Assembly: GCF_964204645.1 (NCBI RefSeq)
Contig: NC_134030.1
Span: 6,800,778 to 6,864,777, forward strand
DNA from: Tubulanus polymorphus
Lineage: Eukaryota > Animalia > Nemertea
Length of the DNA: 64,000 bases
Direction of reading: 5' to 3'
The translations under genes were made by a program, and so were the position numbers. Positions 24,260-36,800 of the stretch are shown piece after piece. The notes beneath the pieces were generated by a model. It searched no databases. It saw only the letters and a program-made list of their open reading frames with translations, and was not told the origin of the DNA. The first letter of the stretch is position 1, and each line of letters opens with the position of its first letter.

Positions 24260-27231
24260 TTATGCCTTTCGCGTCAGCACAAATATATCCCCGTCATCAA
24301 CTCTGTAGGAATGCAACCTACGAGAACGACCAGTAGCATGATCCATATGTAAATATATAGGTGCATCACCGCTGAAATGACTGACGGTGAATTTTCTCGG
24401 CGGTAAGTCCGTGAATCCTTTTAATCGTTCCTTAAATTCGGACAGAGTCCAGTTCAAATCGACCCTGAACACTTTCACCTTGTTTTCGAATTTGATTTGA
24501 ACAGTCGTCTGTTTATGCGAACTTAAATCCACTTCAACCAGAGCGTTTAATTTGCCGTGTTTCATTTCTAATTCGTCGAATCTGATTCGAAAATAAAGAG
24601 GAATTAAAACGTCATCTCAGACCTGAATTCTCTGCGATCGAAAAAGCCGCCATTTTGTTTTTTGATCTATCGATGAATCCTACTGTCACAAGTGGCATCT
24701 TGCAAATCGAATTAAAGCGTCATGAGGAGTGGTTTGGCTGCGTTTGTTCCGTGTTGATACGAGTTGCGTAAATGAAAACACCAAAAAGCAATGATTTGGA
24801 AATATCTGACAATTTTGGAGCATGCGTTGCATACCGGTTTGTGAACCCCCTGGCCCCCGATTCATTCTGCAAAATCTTTACCTTGCTGGCTTTTCAGCTT
24901 TATTCATATAGTGTCTAAGAAAAGCCCGTTCTGCATCTTCGCGTTCTAAATCTTTAACGCTACTTCCGTTTAGTCGGGTGATGGCTGGAAGTCGAGCTAG
25001 GACAAACATGCGCCGTTGTTTTTCGTTGTAATCCTGAAATGATTACCCGGGTCCACTACGTACGATTTATCAATATAATCAGTTAGATACAGTGAGACTG
25101 CTAGAGCAAGTAGACATATACCGTGGAACCTCGTTACGACAACCTCGGTAATAATGATTTATGGATAATTAGAAACCTAGAATTTCGCCCCAGCTAAAAA
25201 TGTTTTACGTTTTGATAAATTCAAATTGGATATAACAAAACTATCGGTTATGACGAACAGATTTTGTGGTCCTCTGAAGTTTGCTGTAACGAGGTTCCAT
25301 TTTACTACCAGTATACCTGAAGCAGTGGAATTCCTTGCAGTCTAATTTCCGTTAGATTTGGGAATGATGCTAATTCCTGCACGGCTTCCCAGTTCGATAC
25401 TAGCGTGTTACTGACCGAAAGTGTTTTCAAATTAGGAAATGTATCAGCATTCGTTCCCAACTCATCAATCGAAAAATCTTCCAGTTTGTTCTCGGTTACG
25501 ACTAAATTCTGAAGCTTTGGGAACATATTGCCTAGTTTGCCGATTTCACACCATTTGGTGATGTCAGTTTTGTTCATATGCAGGGTTTCTACAGTATCAT
25601 ATGTACGGAATGTCTTTGCATCATTATTTGTTTGAGTCATTGGCAATTTCACGCAATCATAACTGTTCAAACTCAAATGCAGTTCTTTTAGCCTGGAAAA
25701 ATAAATAGACAGGCAACAAAGTAAATGAAAAAGTCCTCTAGAAATTGAGTTCCATTCAACAGAGACACAATGGATAAATTGGGTACCATTCGAAACTTAT
25801 GCATCTTGGCTTCAGGAAATCGATATGAAAACTGGTGCAATTTCCAATTAGGAAATAGTAGATTCCTGATGACTTTGCACTGGTCGGTGTACTAAAGGAG
25901 TATACGCTTCAAATTGTACATTTCAGCTTTGATGTGCAGTAATTGTATATCAATGATACATTGTAATGATAATTTATTTTCTGATATAGCACTACATAGC
26001 TTTATAATTTGACAACTTACTTCGGCAATGTGTCCAAAACTATGAACAAAGTGTCCCATGATGCTTGGCAACCATTAAGAACAAGATGAGTAAGTTGAGG
26101 ATATGGGTGCTTGCAGTGATCTGCATTCAAAACGCTGCTCAGTGGGTTGAAACTCAAATTCAAATGTTTAAGCGATGTTAGACATTCTAGGATTTTCATC
26201 ACCTGCAAACAAATCAATGATTTACCAGTCGAGCTCTGGTTTTTTTCACAGAATGAACCCTGTGACTAAGTCTGAATACCAGACAATCTCGAATTCCCCT
26301 ACGAACCCATTGTTTGGAAATAATGGCTAGATACTAAATTAGCTAATTCGTGCTAGTTTTCTAGTTTTATTGCGGTGGTGTAATATAAGTATTTTTCGTG
26401 TAGCCTATTCTGTTGTAACGGTACCTCTTCCCAGCTGCTGATCTCATTGTTTGAGAGATCAAGTTCAGTGATTGATTGACTAAATTTCCGCAAGTCTTCA
26501 AGGTTTTCTGCAGCTGATTTGATACGACGACTCGCTAGAGACACAAGCGGTGGCAATCTTAAATTTCCTGAACCTAGGAAAGAATTGAAAGTTTTATTGT
26601 AATTACATGGTATTCCGATATGATGTTAAGAAACACCCTCCCTCGACAGGGATTCCAACCAGAGGTCTATTAGGAAGACATCAGCTTTGAATAGGGAAAT
26701 CTAAAGGTATCATAAAAGGTTGAACATATTTTTGAGAGGATGTAAGTGTAAGGCATCTGAATACCTAATGAGCCCTTGTGAAATACAAAATTGAGTAAGA
26801 TGGTCACTAACCAGGCACTTAAAGCTTTGCATAGTCTGAATACCAGTCATTTTTACGGGTTCCCCTCAGGAACTGCGGCTAGGTACTAGACTTAGCTTAG
26901 AACTATCAAAATATTCTCACTCACTGATAGTCAGTAACCTGACTGGTTTAGTTTCACGATCGGATATTTTCACAAACCACATACCATTTTATAATCGGTT
27001 GGTATAAGCCCATCCGATTATAAAAAGCTTACCACCAACGAGTAGGTTACTAACTATGACAGACACTACTGCTGTGGACACACAGTTACGGTAGTTCTGT
27101 CTGGAGTAGATGTTGTTACCTGCTGCAACGGGTTTCTTTGGAGCTAAAATCTTCCACGAAACATCGATAGATTGGTCTGCAGCGTCGTCTGCATATTTAT
27201 CATGTATTTCCTTCACCAAAGTCGAAGTCAT
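24260..27231 (-). CDS. TBCEL: Tubulin-specific chaperone cofactor E-like (LRR + C-terminal ubiquitin-like), 6 exons, ~430 aa
   Basis: Exons 27120-27231, 26425-26573, 26021-26202, 25317-25692, 24882-25033, 24260-24581 join in phase. LRRs ELDLSNNEISSWEEV and HLNLSFNPL; LARLPAITRLNGS..EREDAERAFLRHY; KHGKLNALVEVDL; UBL end LHSYRVDDGD. No N-terminal CAP-Gly, which distinguishes it from TBCE. Confidence 0.92.
25121..25302. mobile_element. pogo/Tigger-like MITE, second copy
   Basis: TA|CCGTGGAACCTCGTTACGAC ... TGTAACGAGGTTCCAT; TBCEL intron 4. Confidence 0.6.
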
Positions 27232-27310
27232 CTTTCTTCTCTTTGGTGTTTACATACTAGTGTGGCGTTTTGGAGTGAGTCAGTTTTCTATTTACGAGTT
27301 TGACATAAAC

Positions 27311-27351
27311 CCGGAAGTGCTTAACAAAGCTCCCCAGAACTCGTGACGTCA
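27311..27351. promoter_or_regulatory. TBCEL proximal promoter motifs: ETS and CRE
   Basis: CCGGAAGT at 27311-27318 and palindromic TGACGTCA at 27344-27351, 80-120 bp upstream of the TBCEL ATG. Confidence 0.55.
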
Positions 27352-27868
27352 TTATGTTTGAATTCTGGCATCACACGTTGGGTTCGAATCCATAAATATA
27401 CGAATATGTACTGAATTGTCTAAAATGAAATGATGGCGCGCTAAAAAGAATTTAGACGTACAAACGGATTCGCAGGGATCTAATGGGAGGCTTAAGTAAA
27501 GGCTTCTCGCGCGGCCCCCTGGCCAGCACCCGGCGCCGTGATAAGTTCTTACACGATTGATTCATTGCAAAAAATGATCCACGGCAAACGAAAGAAAATA
27601 TCACACATTATTAAACAGGAAATTGTAAGCAAATAGGCATTGGGTCCAGCCAGTGGTCAGATCTTTCCGTCTCGATCTATGATTGAGCCGTACGGTACAG
27701 AACGAAACAGGGGGTTTGATTTTGAAATCGGAAATCGACATCGAAGTAAAGATATGTATAGTTGTGGGATTGGTTGTCGAGGTTTTGTTTATCGAACATA
27801 TAGGAAATTTTGAGTTAGGTTCATAAAACAATTTCACTATAACCGGCAAAGTGACTGGCAGACCGTAA

Positions 27869-28011
27869 CCGTTAAGTGCTGCCGCTAGAAATGTTATTAG
27901 CGGTGAATACATGAACTAACTTTACCGCGCCATATTCCTACTGTGGCATGCGAATAATAAGTTAGTTCACATATTAACCGTCTACGATATATCTAGCGGC
28001 AGCACTAACGG
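27869..28011. mobile_element. Short palindromic piggyBac-like MITE
   Basis: GTAA|CCGTTAAGTGCTGCCGCTAG ... CTAGCGGCAGCACTAACGG|TTAA, with further internal inverted symmetry. Confidence 0.6.
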
Positions 28012-29041
28012 TTAAAGAATTGTTGATAATGAGAGCAATGATCAGGTAGCCTAAATGGAAAGCCTTCAATAGGGGACAATAGTAGATCGGATCAGTTTTT
28101 CGCGACTGTTGAATAATTATATGACATTGGCTTTAATGATTAACCTTTGAATGGATTGCAGAATTCAAACTATTCGCTATTGCTTTTAGCGGTAAAGTGA
28201 GCGTACGCGATTCTCTTAAGACCGGAGTTCGGATATGAAATGTAGTGTACATGCTTAAGTTCATATCATCGCTTTTTGATATTTTTCATAAATGTATTTC
28301 ATAGAGTTTATAGTCTACAGTATGGCCAGGTTTAATGTCTAGAAAGCGGTCCCTCTTCGATCCCTGCATCAAGATAAATTCTAAATTTTCTCCGCGTGGT
28401 GCGCATCATCACGGTTCTCGTGTGCCGTGCGTTGCTATTGACAATCAATATCAGGAGCCATGGCAGTTGCAGGAACGGCAACCATTAGTCGCTGGCATGC
28501 CTACCCGGCACTGTACTGAGGAGGCATAGTTGACGCTGGAATAACAGGTATGTATGCCCGGGTATGTCTCTATGTGGTCGTGTAAGGTCAAAATTGACAA
28601 GTTCTATGAAATTATTCAGCCTACTTATTCAGCTTAAATGTCTGAAGAATCGATTTCCTGTAAGGGAAGCAATATCTCCGTCGTGTCGGTGGTTCAGGAT
28701 TGGTCTTATTTTGTTCAGACTGGATCATTTGATTCTCAAACTCTTTTAAAATGAGTAAGAATGTTTGCGGGATGTTCCGATGGAGCGATCTTTCAGTGTG
28801 CAGCTGGACCTTGAGATCAGGTACGATAATTTACATAAATTCTTCATTGCTTTGTAGTTTTTATGTACGTTGTCGTGTGTTGGAGGTTCCCACGGGCATT
28901 CTTGACAATCGTATCTCTATGGTGATGGAATCATTGAATAAAGCCATCGGATTCGATCGCCGTGTGGTCAATTGAGGAAACCGATGCCGGTAGCCTACTC
29001 AGTGCGCTTTCCAAGTGAATACTAAAACTAACCAATTGACA

Positions 29042-29450
29042 ATGTCCATGTGGATGAATGGACCGTCGCAGAAACGAAGGTTTTTTATCATCATGGTTGT
29101 AATTGTGATCGTTGAAATTTTCATATTAATCTACATTATATCGAAGGAACATCAAACAATGGACTCTCCGAATCTTTCAATTCTATACCGAGAAATCAGA
29201 AACCGCAAGCTCAAGCTCACGAAATCGAATTGGGAGCTATCTCGCGTTGTTTTACCAGACGCATCTCGGATCCGCAGGTAATTTCGATCGCCGTGTGGTC
29301 AATTGAGTTCCAAATTTTAAAGTATGATACGTGGAAATGTACTGGCACGTTCACAGGAAGTCAATCCTCAAGAGCCGACGATCAACTGGGCTTTTTATCA
29401 CCCTTTTACCGGGTGTTTTGGATGCTCAACATCCTCTTGATGAAGACTGA
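29042..29450 (+). CDS. Hypothetical small type II single-pass membrane protein (~110 aa, 2 coding exons)
   Basis: MSMWMNGPSQKRR followed by hydrophobic FFIIMVVIVIVEIFILIYII; donor CAG|GTAATT at 29277 and acceptor TTCACAG at 29356 join in phase to a stop at 29450. No recognisable family. Confidence 0.3.
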
Positions 29451-30878
29451 CGCTGCTCGAATCGATATCAATTCATATCATGATAAAACGTTTGTTCGTA
29501 TTGTTTTTTTTACCCGTTCATAATTTTTCAATTTTCATCTTTATTACAGTAGTATTACAATATTTATACATTATTTATACTCGTTTTTGCCACTAGACTG
29601 TACAATTGTTTTTATAACATACCTATAACATGAATATATACATAATGCCTGAATAACCGTTCTTTAATCATTGTATCGTACAGAATTTGATGTTAGCCAA
29701 CGCACGCCGTGGGAACGAAAACAAATTTGGAAAAAAATAGAAGAAATCCTCGTTCATTTAACAAACAGGCAAACAAACTAAATCACAATCAAACAAATAG
29801 ATGGAGATCTATGTATCTACAACTTATTTACGCTTAAGTAAAATGTAAGTGTTAAACAAAAATATTTTCTTCTTTATGTCACTTTGATATAAATTATTAA
29901 AATATTCTTAAGTAAATACTATCGATTCTGATGACCCTGAATCATGAAGTCCATAATCAAAATTCAAAAATACCACCTAACCAAAACCTCGCCGAATTTC
30001 AAATGGAAAATGCACGATAATCAACAATACTCATTTACGTGTATCAATATGCAATATTATCATTAATTACACCAATTGAGGATATGCGCCACGTACTCGA
30101 ATGACGTTTACTTAAATCGATTCATTTTAGCGTGGACTCTAAAATGATTCTATTTATAGTCCCTGCTAAAATGAACTTTAATCTGGTTATGAGACGCAAC
30201 GACGCAGTAACAACACAACGCTAAAGGTCTGGACATCTAACAGATTTATTGCAATCGCAAGCGTAAACAGACACTGACAAGACCAAACCTTTTGATGATG
30301 AAAAAAGGAAATATCCCATCCATTTTACAAACTTAATAAAATCTGATAATACTATTTTAACCCACTAATCATTCCAGTAAACTTCCCCTCTATCCATGTG
30401 CGTAACCCACACTATAATAGTCTACCTCAATATACATCAAATTTTGATCACGGTCACATCATTTCGCACGATCTGCGTCTTGGAATGTATATGTGTTACA
30501 GCTTTTGATTATTAATTGCTACTGCATACAGAATAAATGTTACGATGATATTTTGCTGGTCTCTACGTCGAGGTTATTCCCCGGTCTACATGGTTCTAAA
30601 TGTGATTTGTGCCAGTTGGGGAAATCACGAATTATTGAATTGTGATCTCTTGACTGTTACTTTTCAATTGTCTTTGACAGCGTTCAAATAGCGCAATACG
30701 ATTTTATGTTTTTTATGTGGACGGGGTGGGGGTAAAAGAATTGAACGCTGTTAACCTCGCATGGCTGTGGGGCGGGAGGGGTTTCAGTTTAGAGAAATAT
30801 TGGCCGTATGTACTATTTGAACGCTTCGTTTGATGTTATTGCATGTGAGACAGATTGAACACTGGGAAGACCGGGCAG

Positions 30879-33800
30879 TCAGTTGCATTCGACGACCCAT
30901 TTCACTAGAGCCTGTAAAGCATTAAAAAAAGAATCAATCAATATTCGAAAATAAGAAGTTGGTGATTTTCTATTACTGCTATCAAGTGAAATTACCTTGA
31001 TTCCGTCATAGGTAACCTGGCAGTAAGTCTGAATAAACTGATCATCTAGGTTTACATCCAATCCTATATCACGACTTGCTTTCAATGCTAGAGCCCCGTC
31101 AAAGTTCACGAAACATAACCGAACCGTAAGTTCAGTGCTGGGCCGCAGGAATGCTGGACCACCAGCCATCAGCTATACGAACAGATAGAGATAAACCGTT
31201 TTTGTGATGTGCCATACAGTTACATTGTCCTAATCAGGGTACTGGGCACTATACGACTATAGGCTGCATCTGGGGATATAACGGTTTTGGTAATTGGACC
31301 CACTACCATTATCAAACTTGATTAGTCCCTGTGGCACGAGGTTGGAAACTTTTACTAAGCTTACCGTCACCACGGGATAGATGGCAGCTTTGTTCAACTT
31401 TAAAAATAAAGTCTAATTAGATTAAGATGCAAAATCCACAACTTACGGCAACTGAGCATTCTCGAAGTATTGCTTGGCACATTTCTTTACCGGTAGAAAT
31501 ACCACGTCGAGTTAAGTTCGGGCGGATAATCTCAAAATCAGGTAACATGTAAAATCCACCTCGTGGTTTCACGACTTTTACACCAACGGATGTTAGTTCC
31601 CTGCGGAATATAGGCATAAAAGAGGTTGGAAATGATATTGAATAATGGTGAATGATATTGGTTATACTTTTTCTGCGGCTTATACAGAAATTATCCAAGA
31701 ATAGAAAAATAATCACGCCATATTGAACGCTGATCAAAATGAAGATAAATCCACCGCCCCAGACTATATCGCGACTATTACCTGTAACAAAAATCAGCAA
31801 TGACGGCCATAATTCTCGTTGTATGTTTCATGTACTCCTCACATTGTGGAATATCTTTCATCACCTAAAAAACGATGTAAACATCGAAGACCCGTCAATT
31901 TTAAAATTCGTCATAAGATGAAGATGTTTGAATCACTGATACGTCGCCATGCACAGAGTAATCTGTCAACAAATCAAAGACCGATCCAGCGATATCAAGA
32001 AGTAACGTTTTCGTCATTACGCATGTGATCTCTAATTTCAAGTGATGAGAACTATTTTGATCTATTATGCACTCGTTTTGGCATATCGTGAATTTCATTG
32101 TATAGACGCTATGTTCGAAATACACAGAGCTAATAATTACCCACCAGTCGGGTGTCAATATCGTGAAATTAGTGCAACTTTATCTCAAATCCCTCGAGGT
32201 AACGCGTATTTCATATTGCTGTCATCAATAGATTAAGTGCGATATCTTATCGAGTTCGTCCGAGTTGCATATTACATAAACTGAAGCTAGTTTAAGAGAA
32301 AATGTACCATGGGACTCATATGATAACTTAGTTTCAAATCTGCTGAGAGATATATTTATAGCCAGTTGATTGAGTCATAGCATAGCGAAAAGGCCACGGT
32401 AAATATTGGTACAATATTGATAAGTGGTTAATGGTTATCTTCCATGATCATTCTCAACCATTGATCTGCTGCTTGAAGCCTTTTTTGCGATATACATTGG
32501 AATAATATTCATCGGAATAATCTATTCTTTGATTATTCTGCAGCCACTTTGTACGTACCTTCAGAGCGGCATACTGCATCGGGGAGGGGGCACACGAAAA
32601 CGTGTGCGTTCCAGCGCTGATCACTGCATTTTTCAACTCGTTTAGTTCATCGGGGAAAATGTGATAGCCGAGCTACATGGAGGAGAAACATTTATCCTAT
32701 TATCGCATTTATCGAATACGCCATTAGTCATGGAAATGCAGGAGCACCTCTCTTCGATGCTAAATTGTTATAAATGACAAATCAGTTTTAGCGACAACAA
32801 AAATGAACGTCGACAGTATATTAAGGACGGAAACAAGCACCAGCGAGGCGAGCGTAATGTTATATTACAACAATACATATATAAGTTTGTAAATAGAGAC
32901 TGTCTAATTTATTTATCCTGCTTTGCAGCCGATTTGTTTCATGAAATATCAAAGGTAGTTGTAGTCATATCGGCTGTAAATGTATATTCATAAATTCACA
33001 TATATGTCAGGGCCAGGACCGCACCCGTGCCAACTTACCCGCCAACCTCCTGCGCCTGCCCATTTTGACAATGATGAACTAAGAATACTGCCCTCAGGGT
33101 AATACTGTAAATGAAGAGGCAAGTTGTTTTTAAATCTCTCTTGAAATATTAATTTTTCACATCTTTTGTGAAAGCAATCACGTAATACCATTGCATATAG
33201 AAAACATTGATAGCTTTAACCATGTTTTTCATCAGCGATAGCCTAAATCTTAAAATTCCGTATCATGGATGGACAATGAGAGCATTTTAATCTATTATTT
33301 TATACACTTTATCTTTGGAAGTTCACCTAATCATTATTCGACATGCAGCTTAAACTTGTACTCGAATTGAATTGTTCCAGAAAACAAACTTACATGAAGG
33401 ATTTGATTTTGCAAAATTTAAGTATGGCTGTTTCTTTTAGTTATCTATTCTATACTCGAGTATGTTTGATATTGAATATTCGGATGATTCTCCCAAGGTC
33501 TGATACACCGTATCTTACCTTCACTAGAGATTCATGAGTGCCATCGTAGTTCATAAACCCATAAATCTCATCTGCTATGACGTAGATATTATTTTTGCGG
33601 AAACAGTCGCTAAAAACAATACGATTAATTTTTACAAAATTAATTGCATTTAAAATGAATAAATACTTAAATGCGTAAGAAATTTCAGATTGCGATTCAG
33701 ATTCAGTTCAATTTCAGATTCAGATTTCAATTTGTGAGGTATTTTAACCGTGGGAAAATGATAGCCTGTTTAGCAAATGATTATATCTTATCATATTCTT

Positions 33801-36800
33801 TTTACATTAGTCACGAACAGAAACAGACGCAAGTGTATTCTTCTTTTAACAAGAATTTCGTGACATGACACCGATATACCAACATAGCACGCGAATCCGT
33901 AGGAACTCTTAATTTAGTCTAACATTTGGGAAAATTATTAACTAAGTCGGCTAGCGCGTTGCCCATCATAGCTAAACCAGAAACCGATGTTTTACGAGTT
34001 AATTGAATGTTTTATGACTATCGTTCTCCATTCGGTATTCAACACACTAATATGCAGAAACATGATTGCAATCTGCCTTGTTCACCACTGCAACAAGGTA
34101 GCCACTTACGCTAGTTCTCGAAGCTCGTCGGCGGAGTATGCTGTACCAGCTGAAAAATGATAGCATTGGAAGTCATAAACATTAAAAAGTATCGCTTCAA
34201 ACGAGTCACAAGTAGGTAGGGCGTCCTCAAATATATCAATTGTATATTCCGTGAATATGGGTATAGCATGAATAAATTTTGTGTGAGGTCTATCTTCCGA
34301 CGGAATCGTATCGAATCAGTGGTGCCTGGTGTGATTCATTGGGTACACATGATAGCAAATAAGACTTAAAACAAGACAAAACGATTATAGCTTTTTTTTC
34401 ACTTGAATACTATTTCATATCCCATATATAGAGTTGTTAGTGCGGTATAACGATGTATCAGACGAGAGCACGTGGAAAGAGTTTAAACGAATGAACCATC
34501 TTTCACGCGGGACTATATCGAATAGACACGAGGGAAATAAACACATTGCGCTGACAGTCATTTATGTTTTATTCATCGACAAAATGAAGAAACTGCTGGA
34601 TTCCCCTCAGAATTTTCCACGTATCTGAACTCGAAATGACGACACTTTTTCAATCTCGTCAATGAGGAATTGCGCATGATGCTTCCGGCATTTTCCCCCG
34701 AGTACCCCGCACTAACGACAATATCGTTTATGATAGCCCGCGTTTCAAGCCGAACTTAATTTATAGAACTCATCGAACATTGAATAAAACAAGTTCTTTG
34801 ACAGACACCTATAGTTGTGACGTCTCATAAACGAGAACTGTCACTCGAGAGTCAGGTTGTTGTTAATTTTATGAATATCGGTGACGTAGGTTGAATAGAA
34901 TCTCGTTCGTGAATGCTACGGCACGATTTTACGAGATTTTCCATCCGCCCCAACAGGCCAGTCAGTAGTTGTAATTATAAATTACGTTATATTGAGTCGA
35001 TTGTGTTGTGATGAAATAATCATGAATATTTCAGTTGTTCTATCGCGTGCACACTGCGCCGATGTGGCAGAGAATGATTCGTGACGCATGAGCAATCGGT
35101 CAATTTCGTTGTAACTCACGCATACCTCGCATCAGCGACAGGTGAAAGCATTCTCAAAAATAGCCGCCCGCGGACGTTTTCACTAATTTATCTGTATTTA
35201 TCCATCATACCGATTCGACAGCAGCCGCATGGCTTCAAGTCACGATCTTCGCGCTGTGTCAACAGACGAATGTCGTAGGCCGTAAATATCATAACAGAAA
35301 TATGGACGAATCGCTGTCATAAACACTTCGGTCATATAGTTTCAAATCAGATATAATTGGCGTAATTTCTGGGCCAATTGCATAGGTCAAAACGCCAAAG
35401 GTTCATTCGATATGACTATTGGGGTATGTTCAGTGACATCTTCTACACGCGCTCTAATGATATCACTACCCCTATAATATATATTTGATAGACTACCCCT
35501 ATGATATAGATTTTACAATTTCTGTGATTTTTTGTACAAAATATTCACTCACATGGATTGCAGGGATTACAGAGAATGAGAAGTCTGTTCGGATGACAAT
35601 CATTTTGCTCGAACACCTAAAAAATGAAAATTGAAAAAAAAAACGATTCGAATAGAATATATACAGTATGTCCATCGACATGAATTTTGCACGGAACAAA
35701 GTAGAACATATTGAAATTGCAGCATTAACACGAAAGTCGAGAGCAACACAGTTGGCAACTATATACATGTAATACAAGTAATAGAAATATGGCTATTTCT
35801 TCTTACGGACGCAGATTTTAGCACATTTACAAATTAATAAGTGCCATCCAACACATTCAAGTATACCCTTTATACAGGATAACCATTGTGGACTTGATAA
35901 AAGTGTCAATTTCTTCCAGAAACAAGGCTGGTCCAAAATTTCACCAAAATTACTTGTTAATATCATTCATGTACATAATCAAATCCTCGTTCATGTATTG
36001 ATTTACACGTTTCTATAATTGATGATGTTTTCGAATGAAACTGAATTGAATAATCCGTTGTAATGAATTATGAATGAACTTTTCTTGCCTAATTTGACTT
36101 ACATATAATAAGGATGACGCGTTGAAGAAACACGTCTCGAAAAGTTTCGCACAGCAATGAACCATTCAGTAAACAGGAAACAAATGGAACGCGAAGCGAT
36201 ACAACTTATGATTTAAGGCATGTCGAGCAAGCGTTATTTTCTGGTGGAATTTGTCAAAGATGTCGTAAAATCTTGATGAAATTTCATTCTTATTTTAATT
36301 AAAGAATCATCTTGAATTACGTCATTCTTGCTACGATTTTAATTACCTGCTGCAGCCCAAGCGGTGTTACTCGCCAATCATCCTGTTGTCTAGTGGGGAT
36401 GGTAACTAAATGTCTTCTATTGTAACGAACCTGGGCGTTGTAGATTAACCAACTAGGGGAGGCCAGCAATATATCTGTAAGCAACAGAGTAAATCACGAT
36501 GTACGACTTGGGTGGGTGTTTGAAATAAGCTGAATTAGCTAAATTCTATACCGCAAAAAGGTAAAGGGCAGAGATATAGCTTGCGAAATAGCAATCATTG
36601 GATTTAAAGGCGGCAAACAACCTCGAAAATTCTCGTTTTGAATTGCCACTATTTTCTATATAAGCAATATACATGTGCATATTGTTGTATAAAGCTGTCG
36701 GGGCTTGTCTATGATATTAGGTTTAAAACCCACTATATACATAACATAAAAGATTAAAATCTAAATTTATTTTTCAAGAATTAAATCAAAATACACGACG

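Noticed and set aside
27400-28560. Histone H2A.X expected from human synteny with HMBS
   Set aside because: No histone-fold sequence found by eye in this region or in the ORF track.
29437-29470. TTGATGAAGACT...ATCGATA hammerhead/Penelope-like string
   Set aside because: Both core boxes are mutated and no RT or GIY-YIG frame can be recovered nearby.
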